This document shows positions 25,946-38,114 of a DNA stretch of 64,000 nucleotides, in pieces. Source of the stretch: Ranitomeya imitator. Lineage: Eukaryota. Position numbers and translations under genes: made by a program. Position 1 is the stretch's first letter. The number at the start of each line of letters is the position of its first letter. Where the stretch lies: contig NC_091284.1 in the NCBI RefSeq assembly GCF_032444005.1, positions 767,498,001-767,562,000 on the forward strand, given 5' to 3'. The notes beneath the pieces were generated by a model that worked only from the letters and a program-made list of their open reading frames with translations, did no database searches and had not been told where the DNA came from.

Positions 25946-26660
25946 GAGAGTTCCCTGTATATAAATATAAAGGCCGGGAGAAAAGCAGAATCTTTCTAAA
26001 CCTCGACACTTATTATTAGAAATGAGAAAAATCGCTGATCAACCTGCAGTCCAACAACACAATGACAGGATCTATGGACTCATACATATAAGGTAGTCCC
26101 ATAGTAGTAAGTGGTTGGACACCACTAGGGTATGTCATCACTTACGTTTATTGGGGTCTCTCAGACAGACCCCAGTGATAATGGAGAATGAAGGGACTGC
26201 TGCACTGTTTTAAAGCTGTGGCGCCATACATTTCCTCTAAGTGGAAGCTATGTGGCTCTGTAGAAAGTGCAAACAGCTTCATAGACTTGAATGGAAACAT
26301 GCTGTCGTGAGAATCCCCCTATGCAGAGGGGCACAGTGCTACAGCCCACCCATGCCCAGATCACCGAGGGTCCACTAGGTCAGAAACCAGCGATTAGGCA
26401 ATACTATTTACAATACAACCTCAATACATTAAATATCACAGACCTGATGAGGTTAGGGTGCTTTAAAAAAAACAAAAAAAAAAAAAACTGTGAGAATAGC
26501 TTCGTTATCGTCATTACTACTAAAGTAAGCATATTGGACATATTCAAAGTAAGTACACCAGCCTCTTAGATCTAGTGAATGTATGCATTTGTATTGTGAC
26601 ATCAGGCATCAAATCTAGTTTAAATTTGATAAAACCGCATCTTATTCTCAACCCATGTTA

Positions 26661-26801
<141 letters not shown>

Positions 26802-27136
26802 TTAACATTTATATAAAGTGAAGATATGCAAGCATGAAACCCCCCAACGGTGACAGTAGTGTTCCAGCACAGATCACTGTCCACTGCTGACCCTTGCTAC
26901 AATGCATCAGTGCAGGTAAAATGAATCGGCCAAGCTGTAGGTCACAATTTCTACACCAAACTGCAGTGAACTCTCGGATGCAAGAATTTTTCCGCAATCA
27001 AATAAGATTCTCTGCGAGTGGTTATTTATGTGAGGAAAGTCAAACAATTGCAGGACTTTATTACACGTGACTATGCATTACTACAGTATAACAGCCTCAG
27101 CCATGGCCGCCAGCTTTGACAATGAAATGATAGTCT

Positions 27137-27216
27137 GTGCTCTCAGAACCGGTGAAATGAGCCACTCACATTTACTTAGAAAGTAAATAGTTAGGAAAAA
27201 GGTCATCACAGAGCAC
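27137..27216 (-). ncRNA. SNORD102: SNORD102-like box C/D snoRNA, copy in RPL21 intron 2
   Basis: GTGCTCT-GTGATGA ... ATTTCACCGGTT-CTGA-GAGCAC, with a perfect terminal stem. Confidence 0.85.
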
Positions 27217-27732
27217 CAGCGTCACCTGTACTCTATACAAAGCCATGAGGAAATCAGAATCCTTGTACAATGAGATTACAGAGAGGAAATCTGGACGACT
27301 GCCCTGATCTGATGGCCATGAGGCTATATTCAAACTTTCTCCCATTTCACGTCTGTAAAAAACACTCATGTGCCTTTTTGTTTATAGCCATTGACCATTG
27401 AAAAGTTAAAAAAAAAAAAAAGTTACTTTTTTATATCCATTGAAAAAGGAACCTGACAGAACGTACACGCTGCCCAGCCACTGCATAATTTCAGCCAGGT
27501 ATGTTTAACTCTGTGTGGATGGAGAGACCTGTCACTCAAGGGCAAGTGGGCAGGGAGAAGCGCCAGGGACCGGCCTGCCCTACTACTCTCATGAGGCTCC
27601 GTCCTATGCGGCTGTAAACAAGGTTTCTCTCTCAAACACAGCAGAGGTTCAGAAACAAACATACATGGCTGAGACCATCCAGCCAGGGCCCAATATATGC
27701 TGCCTGTGGATCAGCTGTCAGGTTCTCGTTAA

Positions 27733-28093
27733 AGGGAACCTGTCACCCCCAAAATCCATGGTGAGGTAAGCTCACCGTCATCAAGGGCTTATCTACAGCA
27801 TTCTGTAATGCTGTAGATAAGCCCCCGATGTTACCTGAAAGAGGAGAAAAAGAGGTTAGATTATACTCACCCAGGGGCGGTCCCGCTGCGGTCCGGTCAA
27901 ATGGGTGTCTCTAGTCCGGTCCAGGGCCTTTCATCTTCATTCCATGACGTCCTCTTCTGGTCTTCACGCTGCGGCTCCGGCTCATCTTTCAGGATACATT
28001 GGGGGCTTATCTACAGCATTACAGAATGCTGTAGATAAGCCATGATGACGGTGAGCTTACCTCACCATCGATTTTGGGGGTGACAGGTTCCCT
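27733..28093. mobile_element. T2/Kolobok-type MITE in RPL21 intron 2
   Basis: TTAA|AGGGAACCTGTCA ... TGACAGGTTCCCT|TTAA. TIRs of about 95 bp each contain the hairpin GGCTTATCTACAGCATT-n4-AATGCTGTAGATAAGCC. Confidence 0.9.
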
Positions 28094-28794
28094 TTAATGG
28101 ATCAGTAAGTACAAAGTCTGTGTGCTTTAGCTGCTGTTCACAGATCCCCATAAGCTTTAGTGGCAGAGTCTGATCAGCAGAAGAGATGAGAACAGGACGT
28201 GCTCAGTCTCACGGACTCGCTATTAAAACTGCAGTGTGTATGGATCAACTATACTGTGAGTCTGAGTTCACAAAACTAAGTACAGGAACAAATGCAACCT
28301 ACAAAGTACTGGGAGAATATATCCCCCTCACAGCCACATTGCAGTATCTTTGGAGCCTCTACCTCCATTTGTTAACTGGAAAAACGGATGAGCAAGGTCA
28401 GCCCCTCAGCTCTACAAGTCAAAATGGATCCAACTGCAGATTTTTGTGCAAGATTTTATCCAGTCTTTAAAAAGGCATCTTTACGGTCTAGCACCCAGTC
28501 TGCCAGCTCACAGCAGCCGCTCGCCACATACAATTTAATGCAGAGGTGAATGCACCCGTGACACCCATGACACCCATATAGGAGTTCTGGATTTATTAGA
28601 AAAGGCTATTGTGGATAAAATAGGAAATCATCAACTTTGCTAAATGTCAGACACCTTGGCGGTCCCAAAATACCCCAATGTGAATCATTGTGTGCAGAAC
28701 TCAGCTGTACGTTGTGGTTGGAAGTACGATACAGGCACGAATGATAATAGTCATTTAGCAAATACTGTGCACGACGTGGGAACCAGTATCTTAC

Positions 28795-28861
28795 CATGCT
28801 TGCGGAAGGGTCTGGAGAACATATAACGGGTTCCACGCCTTTTGCCTCTTGTGTTGGTCAT
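28795..28861 (-). CDS. RPL21: RPL21 first coding exon (exon 2 spans 28795-28873)
   Basis: cttccag|TAAGTTGCAAAA ATG; [22 protein letters not shown], then G|gtaaga. Confidence 0.97.
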
Positions 28862-30443
28862 TTTTGCAACTTACTGGAAGAAAGAAAAAAACAAACTTGT
28901 TAAAACTTTGCACACAAACCAGTGTACAGAGACTTACAAACAGACAAGGTTCTCCGAGGTCCCCGAATACAAACCCCAAATGCAACTGCACAGACAGATC
29001 TGAGCACGACACTCAATGCCACTTACGGCAAGGGTTTCCTGCTCGAGACCACCCAGCACCAGGAAAAGATGGCAACCACTGTAGAAGGTATTCTCACCCT
29101 AGAGCAATAAGTGAAATGTACGACCTGCTAAAGGAGGATCTCAGTCCCTGCAGTACGATCCAGGCAACTACTGAGTTGGAAACTCCGCATACTTACCAAA
29201 GAAGAGCCCCTGTTGCTAAAGGACCACTTCAAATATTTTTTTTTTTAATTATTTTCCTATGTGCGAATGTAATTAATGTAGAAACATTCAATGGCCACCA
29301 CCTTCCCCTCCATCAGCCCCGCTCCACACTACGTCACCACATTTGTGACCTGCAGAATCACAGTGGTTTGCTGGATGGAACAGGGGTCACTTTTTGACTA
29401 TTCTTATAAGTCTCAGACTCAGAACAAGACTCTGAGCTCCTTAGACTTACATTGAGATTGTGACCTCCCACAGTGTGACCGGCCGGTTACAGACGGAGGC
29501 CGAAGCAGCCCTGATACTGCAAGAGGACAACGGAAAGTAAATGTTACTACCCGGATTACAGAATGGTTAGAACATGGGAAATGGAAGATTTTGCAGAGTG
29601 CGCCTTACACAATAGATAAAAGTCACCCAGTCAAATGTGTATGGAAAAGTCACAAGTCTCCTGAAAGCAGAGGTCAGTGTATTGGAAGCGGATACATGAT
29701 CGATTCCAACACACCGGACCCTGATAAACCATCTAGTGGTAGTGATGAGTGACCTCGGCACGCTCTATTACTGCGCTCGAGTCCCCGCGGCTGCAGGTCT
29801 CGCAGTTGTTCCACAGCCGTGATACATGCAGGGATTATCTGTGTTAGGTAGTCCATCCATGTGCTGCAGCTGTGGAACTAGATCAAAGAAGTGGAAGATC
29901 CGGCCGAGCATATAGGGAGACGTCTGGCCAGTCTGGTGCGGCCCCCAGCAACGATCCAGGGGTCTCATGGCTTTGCAGTTAGTAGTACAAATCCAAGGGA
30001 AAGACCCAGCAATCCCCTGGAGCAGGACAGGCCCTCTAAAACGCTGCAAATGAAAACATTAAACTACCAGGATTAAGAGAAGGGACAGGTGTAGGACCCC
30101 TGTATGAGGACCACCACACATCGGGGGCAGTAATGGCTGGAGGGCTACAACACTGTGCAAAGGTGGCTCAGCCGCCCGTAGCGACCAGAGGGCAGAGCAG
30201 CCCCCTATCAGGGACGGATCACTCCTGTCTACCTCCCGGGATCAGCTGCCTCCGTATAGGAGCGTGACCCGGCCACCATCCTGCCGGCCCAGCGAGCAGC
30301 CATCACCGCCCTGTATCCCCGGGACCCGCCACCGGCGCTCCCCGTCACCTCCCACTCACACAGCGGACAGCCTTATCACCAAACCCCGCGGACTGTGGAG
30401 AATTCCCTCTATATCCCGGGAGCCCGAGCTCTCATGCGGCTAC

Positions 30444-30476
30444 CTGCAAGATGGCGGGTCCAGCGGAAAGAGAGAG
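30444..30476 (-). other. RPL21: RPL21 non-coding exon 1 with 5'TOP tract
   Basis: Minus strand CTCTCTCTTTCCGCTGGACCCGCCATCTTGCAG|gtagcc: oligopyrimidine start, YY1-type GCCATCTT motif and donor site, as in vertebrate RP genes. Confidence 0.85.
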
Positions 30477-30780
30477 CGCAGGCCCCGCCTCTCCGTACAT
30501 CACCCCCGGGGCCTGTCTACCTCACTGCCTGACCGGAATCTAGGACCGCCCGAGAGTTCAACTAAAGAATAAAGTGTCGGGGAAAGGAGACTAAACGAAC
30601 ACAAGTGTGCACGCCGAGCATTGGTTAATACAGAGAATATCACACAGGCAGTGCCGAGGACAGCAGGTTTAGGTCCGGCGGAAAAGGAGGACAGAAATCA
30701 TTGTGGGCACTGCAGTCCTGACGTCATTGGGCATGCGCAGACTGTCCGTTGGCGGCTTTAGTTTTGCGTCACTTGATGAA
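30477..30780. promoter_or_regulatory. RPL21 promoter CpG region
   Basis: GC box GGCGGGGC (reverse strand), ETS-type CCGGAA near 30533, ATTGG near 30620 and 30726, TGACGTCA at 30719-30726, NRF1-type GCATGCGCA at 30731-30739. Confidence 0.7.
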
Positions 30781-30807
30781 ATTCATTATTAACCCTTTGT
30801 AGAATGT

Positions 30808-31001
30808 TGACGTTCACACCGTCAGTACTTGGTCAGTATTTTACCTCAGTATTTGTAGTCAAAACCACCAGGAGAAGAACAATCAGAGGACAAGTATAAT
30901 AGAAACACGTCACCACTTCTGTATTTATCACCCACTCCTGGTTTTGGCTACAAATACTGAGGTAAAAAACTCACCAACTACTGATAGTGTGAACGTGACC
31001 T
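30808..31001. mobile_element. Harbinger-type MITE (degenerate)
   Basis: Ends ACGTTCACAC / GTGTGAACGT with palindromic CAGTATTTGTAG..AAAACC arms; a related partial copy lies near 20930-21030. Confidence 0.55.
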
Positions 31002-31055
31002 TACAGGGTGTTCTGGTTTTAGCAAAAAAAAAAAAAAAATTGTAGACTAAAAGAT

Positions 31056-31335
31056 GGAGGCAGCACGGTGGCACAGTGGTTAGCACAGCAGCCTTGCAGC
31101 GCTGGAGTCCTGGGTTCCAATCCCACCCAGGACAACATCTGCAAAGAGTTTGTATGTTCTCTCCGTGTTTGCGTGGGTTTCCTCTGGGTTCTCCGGTTTC
31201 CTCCCACATTCCAAAGACATACTGATAGGGAATTTAGATTGTGAGCCCCATTGGGGACAGCGATGATAATGTGTTCAAACTGTAAAGCGCTGCGGAATAT
31301 GTTAGCGCTATATAAAAATAAAGATTTATTTTTTT
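31056..31335 (+). mobile_element. V-SINE (tRNA-derived head, V domain, LINE-like tail)
   Basis: A-box-like GGTGGCACAGTGG, B-box-like GGTTCCAATCCC, V domain GGGTTTCCTCTGGGTTCTCCGGTTTCCTCCCAC, tail AAAGCGCTGCGGAATATGTTAGCGCTATATAAAAATAAAG. Confidence 0.85.
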
Positions 31336-31489
31336 AAGATCTCTTCTTGCTGTGATTGAATAAAAATCTTCCTTCTCTTTATTGGTTATAAATCAGGACG
31401 CAGGAGCTCGGCTCAGTAGTGTTCGACCCAAGTCATACATCGATGTCTCGGTCCAAGGACAGACCCTAATGCCTGGTACGGCAGGGGGG

Positions 31490-31818
31490 GTCCTGACCCT
31501 GCCGGGTGCTCCTGTCCCTGAAGGGGGGCTCCTGACCCTGCTTGGGGGTTCCTGATCCTGCCAGGTGGGCTCCTGGCTCTGCTAAGGGGCTTCTGACCTT
31601 GCTGGGGTGCTCCTGACCCTGCTTGGGGGTTCCTGACCCTGCCAGGGGCTCCTGAGCCTGTTTGGGGGCTCCTGACCCTGCCAAGGGGTTTCTAACCCTG
31701 CTTGGGGGCTCCTGGCCCTGTTTAGGGGCTCCTGACCCTGCTTAGGGGCTCCTGACCCTGCTTAGTGGCTCCTGACCTTGTCATTGGGCTCCTAACCCAT
31801 ATTGGGGGCTCCTGACCC
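31490..31818. repeat. ~19-20-bp minisatellite
   Basis: Recurring unit GGGGGCTCCTGACCCTGC(T/C). Confidence 0.85.
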
Positions 31819-33020
31819 TGTCTCTGATGTTATCAATCTTCTGCTTGAAAAATGAGGCAAAGTCTTCAGCCGAGGTGAGTGGATAGGGAGGAGGTGCTGG
31901 GGGGACGGAGGAGAGAATTGAAGGTGTTGAATAGCTGTTTAGGGTTGTGAGACAAGGAGGATATGAGAGATGAGAAGTAGGTTTGTTTAGCTGTGGCGAG
32001 TGTGGGCTTGAAAGTAGTGAGGGACTGTTTGAATGCGATGAAGTCCTTGTTGGAGTGGGATCTTTTCCATCTCCCCTCAGCAACCCTGGTAGCCTGTCTC
32101 ATTTCTTTGGTCAGGCTGGTGTGCCAAGGCTGTCTGTTGATTTTGCAAGCTTTGGTATGTGTGAGAGGGGCAACCGATTCCAGAGCTACAGCTATTGTGG
32201 TGTTATATAGAGCGGCAGCGGCATCCACATTGTGTAGCGAACTTATGCCTGTAAGAGGGAGAAGGAATTCAGAGAGTGAGTGTAGATTGAGGTGTTTAAG
32301 ATTTCTGAGAGGGTGTGCAAGTTTGTGGGGTGGGGATTTTGGACCTGGAGAGGAAAGGGAAGAGAATGTGAGTAGGTTGTGGTCCGAAAGAGGAGGAGGT
32401 GAGTTAGAGAGGTTAGATAGGGAGCAGAGGCGGGTGAAGATGAGGTCCAGTGTCTGACTATCTTTGCGAGTGGCTGCAGAAGACCATTGAGTGAGGCCGA
32501 AGGAGGAAGTGAGAGATAGAAGTTTAGTGACGGCTGTGAGGGAAGTGTCAATGGGGATGTTGAAGTCACCCAAGATGATAGTGGGGATGTCCGCAGAAAG
32601 GAAATGAAGTAGCCAGGTGGTGAAGTGGTCAAAGAAGGTGGTGTCTGGCCCTGGGGGGCGGTAAATGACAGCCAGTTGGAGGGGAATAGATGCGCACAGA
32701 GTGCACCTCAAAGGAAGGGAGGGTAATACAGGGTGGCAGTGGGATTGGGGTGAAGGAGCAGTTATCTGACAGGAGAAACAGACTCCTCCACCATGTTTGC
32801 TGCTGGGTGTGTGTGGGAAAGGTGGAATCCTCCATACGAGAGTGCAGCAGGAGAGGCTGTGTCAGAAGGGGTGAGCCAGGTTTCGGTGATGGCGAGGAAG
32901 GAAAGTTTGTAAGTGATGAAAAGATCATGGGTGTAGGAAAGCTTGTTGCAGACAGAGCGAGCGTTCCACAGAGCTCCTGTTAGTGGGATGGGGAAGCGGG
33001 GGCTGGGCGAATGGGTATAA
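31819..33020 (-). mobile_element. L2/CR1-type LINE fragment, APE endonuclease region with frameshift and no RT
   Basis: Minus-strand WNARS, AVIYRPPG, ILGDFNI, LDLIFT and LSDH APE motifs, plus downstream QPWHT and LFNTFNSLLRP. Truncated at 31819. Confidence 0.88.
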
Positions 33021-33599
33021 GATATGTGATCAGGTACGTTTTAATGTAGAGGTACGAAAACGGATCAGACACGGACATCACACGGACGTAAAGAACACAC
33101 AACTATAAGGACGCGTTCACATAACCGTATGTTCAGAGTGAGTGCTGTCTGCTGACAAAACGGAAACCCCCGAGACAACGGTATTCAATGACACAGTGCA
33201 GATGAGCGACGCTGCAAGGAGCCACAGGGCAGCATCCGATTTATACGGATACATTGCAGTTCTGTAACATGAGAAAGTGTAAGTGGTCCTGTAATTATTA
33301 ATAGCTGCTGCTGAAAATACAGATTGTGCACGGATGACAAGTGAGAAAAAAAATCTTCCAACTTTTTGGGATGAATCCGACCCATTTTTTACACGCTCGT
33401 CTGCAGCCAACTTTAAGATGCCTCCAAAGAAGTCAGATTTCCTCCAGAAAATGTATTAATTTATTACGGGGGGCACTGACTGTCATTATTATATTTACCG
33501 TTCTGGTTTATACTTATAACGCAGCATAGAAACGCAATAAATGTCATAACACGTGTGAGTATTATCACAGTAATGATCCTGCGACATTAGCGCCGCCAC

Positions 33600-33910
33600 G
33601 TCCCTCCCCGGGGGGGCAGCGGGCAGGGAGGGCAGGCAGGGGAGGGGGCAGCGGAGCGGGCAGCGGGCAGGGAAGGCAGGCAGGGGAGGGGGCAGCGGAC
33701 AGGGGAGGGCAGGCAGGGGAGGGGGCAGCGGGGAGGGGGCAGCGGAGCGGGCAGCGGAGGGCAGGCAGGGGAGGGGGCAGCGGACAGGGGAGGGCAGGCA
33801 GGGGAGGGGGCAGCGGACAGGGGAGGGCAGGCAGGGGAGGGGGCAGCGGACAGGGGAGGGCAGGCAGGGGAGGGGGCAGCGGAGCGGGCAGGGAAGGCAG
33901 GCAGGGGAGC
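33600..33910 (+). repeat. G-rich purine minisatellite (G-quadruplex potential)
   Basis: Repeated GGGGAGGGCAGGCAGGGGAGGGGGCAGCGGACA units with dense G3-G5 runs. Confidence 0.85.
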
Positions 33911-34098
33911 GGCCGCTCGGTTACAGCAGCGCCTGCCCCTTTAAGACTAAAGCCGTGAACCAGACTGTGAATGGGGAAGGGGGCGTGTACCAGTCATGTG
34001 ACCTTGAGCGGCGGCCCTGGTTAACCCCTAGTTGGCCGTGTGACAGCTTCGCCTGTGCTTTGCTGCTGGTTGCGCTGCGGTTCCGGTGCAGGCCGGGG
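33910..34098 (+). promoter_or_regulatory. Putative MTIF3 promoter and non-coding exon 1
   Basis: CpG-rich region; E-box GTCATGTGAC at 33993-34002; candidate donor GGG|GTAGGT at 34099. Inferred from position only, with no transcript evidence. Confidence 0.5.
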
Positions 34099-34561
34099 GT
34101 AGGTGATGGTACCGGGAGCGCTCTGTGCAGTGACGGCTCGGGGCCAGGCTGTCGGCCGCAGTGATGCAGGGCAGGCCGGGGATGGAGCTAGGCCTAGTCC
34201 GGCTCCATGCCCTGATGCACGGTGTGTGCGGACTCTGCGGTGTCACACGCTACCATGGAGCAGATCACCGGATTACCGCACCCTCGGCCTATCCCACTGC
34301 AGCCTCCTTAAAGGGTTCGTCCAAAGCTAGAAAAAGGCTTTCCTCCTGAGAACAGCGCCACACCTGGCAGTGCCTGGTACTGCAGAGTCCTGGGGCAGAG
34401 CTGTAATACCAGGCGCCGCCTGTGCTCAAGGGGGGCGCAATCTATAACCTCTCAGAAAACAACGTATAGAAAATAAATCTTCCTGCGCATCGTCCTCGCA
34501 GTATATACCATGGACGCGGCGTCACCAGCCGGGCCTCACTGTTATCTGTGTTTCTCCACAG

Positions 34562-34606
34562 GAGCGGTGAAGAATAATGAGCTGACGGAGAACATCCAGC
34601 GAGCCT
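34562..34606 (+). other. Putative MTIF3 5'UTR exon (45 nt) with minimal uORF
   Basis: Acceptor tgtgtttctccacag| and donor |gtgagt; contains ATG AGC TGA at 34577-34585. Confidence 0.45.
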
Positions 34607-37025
34607 GTGAGTAGCGGACGCCGCGTCCTCTGTGTCTGCAGGGCTTCACATGACATTGATATAGCGCCAGCATATTCCGCAGCGCTGTACAGTCCAGCGG
34701 GTGCATGTACTGACAACATCAGACAGCTAATATGGAGATCGAGGGTCCCGATCACAAGAGCTGACAGTCTATTGTTCAGGATGGCGGTTCACTCTGTGAC
34801 TGGTGAGTCCTCATGCGCACTGTCAGATTCTCCGGGGCTGTGAACTAGCGATCATGTGACCCTGAGCATGTGATTTGCATATTTCTGGCCACATTCCAAC
34901 TAGACTTGTGCATTAAGTGATGCTGCGCACGTCTAGTAGGCACGTGACCGAGTGTATGCAAATCACACGCCTGGGGCCGGCACCGGAGAATCCTGACAGT
35001 GCGCACACTGCGATGACTGAGTGACTGCAGACTTGAACCCCGAGCCTGGACAACCCCTTTAAGGAAAATGGGGGAATCACACAGAACGTCCTTGTAGTGT
35101 ATGGCCCAGCCATCTTTGTAGTAAAGCTACATATACAAAGCGCTGCTGAGTGCACAGAGAGAGAGAAGGTGATGAAGATGTAGGACGGGACCCGAGGCGT
35201 TAGATCAGTGAGGTCATGTGATCGGCGTGCCGAAAAAAATGTTTGTTTCCCAGTGGAAACTGCAATTTAACCTGATTATCTGGGGCGGAACATTCCAGGG
35301 AATTGGTGCAGCACAGAGAAACTTTTTTGAGGATTTTAAAGCGGATCCACTACAGAAAAAAATCCTCAAAAACTCTGTGTGAACATAGCCTTGGCCCTCA
35401 GTCAGACGTCAGTGATTTTTTTTTCTTTGTATGCAAAAACAGTTTTTTCATCAGTGTGTCAATTTTTTACCATCAAATTAGTATGTATGAAAACAATATT
35501 ACAAAGCTTCTCCTTTTCTTTGCAATATTACTCACGGGCAGTAAAATCGAACATGTCACACATTTTTCTTTTTCTTGGCGGGTGGAACAGCGCATGAACA
35601 GCTCCATAGACTATAATGTGCACGTGTTCTATCCCTGAAAACCACAGAGAAGATAACGTGCTCTGAAGGAGACCTTCACTAGAGGAACGGAGAGAATGGG
35701 TACGCAGCGGACAGACGCGAGGGAGGAGGGGTAGGGAGGTGCAGCACTTTGGAGCGCTTTGTGGGTGAGATGCGTGATATGGTTATATTCTGTAGTGGAT
35801 GGGCAACCAGTGCAATGACTGGCACAAGGTGGAAGCATCGGTGTAGCTGCTGGACTGAAACAGGATTCTGACTGCTACATTCAGATGCGCCAAAAGCTAA
35901 AAAATAACACAAAAAAGTGAAATGTGTCCAAGCCACTGCTGGGGGAAGGGGATGTGCAACCAATTAAGTTACTACTTTTTAAATTTTTAGGTAGGTCTCT
36001 AAAAACTGAGAGCTGGAATGTGATTGGTTGCTAGGAAAATCTGCTCCATTTTTTTGTTGCGCCAATTTTTAATATTCGGAATCCTGTTCTACAGATCCCA
36101 TTAGGTCATCCCCTGTCTATAAGACAAAGACAGAATATGGAAATGTTAGGGAGGGGTCGGCTGCTTGGGACCAGAGAAGAAAGCCATCACGGATCAGTCA
36201 GCCGTATATCTGAATGGCCTTCATGATGGCGGCTACAAGGGAAACACCTGCGTGGCCTAATCTGTCTGCAATAAAGTCTGGGGAGAAGCCCGGTAACAAT
36301 CCTGAAATAAATTACCATCAAACGGGATCCGGTCCACAGCATTATGAGCATGGAAGCCTGCCCTCCGAATAATACTTCTCCACTGCAGGGGGCGCTACTG
36401 AGCTCTAGGATTTCCCCAGCAGCGCCCTTACACCATGTTACGGTCCTTTTATGTCGGAACGCAGCAGATCTCTCGGGGATGCATTTCTTGACTGTCCCAT
36501 CTAGCAATCAGCAGAATTGTGAATGCAGCTCTTGATTATAATACAGACGGTAGCACGTAATCAGTAGAACTTATTTATTATGCAAAGTAAAGGCTAAGAG
36601 CAATTTCTTGTTACCTAGGAGACCGACCACCGCTGCCATCTAGCGTGTAAGCACTGCGCTGGAGCTGGCCGAGATTCGGAGGTTACAGTGCACTCCAGCG
36701 ATCCTGGCCAGCTTCAAAACAGCGCATGCAGGCACAATAAAAGAGCTTGTAAGCGCTGCGCAGGTTTTGCTACTGGTCGGTCTCCAAGACAACGAACAGT
36801 AAACAAAAGAAAATTGCTAATATCTCAGGAACAGCTGATAAATTTACAAGTAGTAAATTGCAAAATTGCTCGTATTTACCAGCACTGTTTGACAATACCC
36901 ATTTCTAAAAAAAAAAATGGGTGTGACCCTTTAAAATGGCTAATACCTTTCTATTTTTTAGGAACAGAGAGCGCTGTCATATGTTGACTTAACTCGTTTG
37001 TTTTTTTTCTCCCCTAGCCGGCAGA

Positions 37026-37509
37026 ATGTCCGGACTTCACCTGAAGAAAATGCTTTGCCAAGCTGCCAATAATGGCCGGTGTTATTTCGGAAGACACTTT
37101 GGCTTGTGTCATAGATCGTATAAGACGGCGAGTTATCTACCGTGGGCTACCGTTGGCTGGACGAGAAAAGGACTGCTGGCCGTGGACGTAAAACCCTACA
37201 GTACGGCCGAGGAGGACGCGGCCAAAAAACCAATGGCACCAAAAAAGATCAATATGAACGCCAGGAAGGTGATCGGGCATGTCGGCCGGATAATCCCCTA
37301 TAAGATGATCCAGGTGCTGGATAAAGATGGGAAGGACAGAGGGAAGATGCTGAGAAGGGATGTGATCCGCGTCATGGAGGAGGAGAACCTGAAACTGGTG
37401 TCGGTGTCGCACAGCGCAGATCCTCCCGTGTACAAGCTGCTGACCGGGAAAGAGCTGCACGAGGAGCAGCTGAGACTCCGAGAGCAGCAGAAGCAAAGCT
37501 CCAGCCCCG
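37026..37509 (+). CDS. MTIF3: Mitochondrial translation initiation factor IF-3, coding exon 1 (exon starts 37018)
   Basis: Acceptor ttctcccctag|. Arg/Lys-rich presequence-like N-terminus, then IF3 N-domain IQVLDKDGKDRGKMLRRDVIRVMEEENLKLV and DPPVYKLLTG. Phase-1 donor G|gtatat. Confidence 0.9.
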
Positions 37510-37800
37510 GTATATATCCTTCTCACTGCTCCACAGGGGCACACTGGCTACAAGGGGCACTTTGGGCAGTCTTCATAGCTAAAACTTGGGGTGCGCATAA
37601 TAGTCTGGAGAACCTGAGTTTAACGATTCTTAGCTGTGACCTGGCAAATATCTGGGTGCTGCCCTGCTGAGCTCTTCTTCCTCATTCATCGTAGTGTCTT
37701 TCATTGTACACGCCAAACTGCATCCTTCATGGATGTAATAAAGGCATACCTGCAATTGTTCATATGGCTGCAATCGGGTTCTGTAAGGGGTTGTTCATTC

Positions 37801-38102
37801 CTGGTGACATTTTCTGCAAGCTCAGCAGACTCCTAACACTGTGTAAAGCACTTTTTGGATTTGCCGGTTCCTGCGGTCATCCCGTGACTACACGTACACG
37901 ATTTGCATATTTGTAGTCACCTGCCAACTAGAGTCTCCGCCGCTTGAGAGATGCAGGGTGAGACTAGTCGGCACGTGACCGCTGGTCTGCAAATCGTATA
38001 CATGTAGTCACTGGATGACCGCAGGAACCAACAGGCAGAGCCAAATCCCAAAAGTGCATTACACACAGTCAAAATCCGAAGAGTTGCAGAAAATGTCACC
38101 AG
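37801..38102. mobile_element. Palindromic MITE in MTIF3 intron
   Basis: CTGGTGACATTTTCTGCAA / TTGCAGAAAATGTCACCAG inverted ends with extended internal arms. Confidence 0.7.
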
Positions 38103-38114
38103 GGATGGACATTT

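Noticed and set aside
31056-31135. tRNA gene
   Set aside because: The tRNA-like head runs into a V domain and LINE-like tail, and a diverged copy exists at 18557; it is a SINE.
37510-37670. MTIF3 ORF continuing to 37670
   Set aside because: Read-through into the intron; IF3 homology stops at the phase-1 donor and resumes at 40699.
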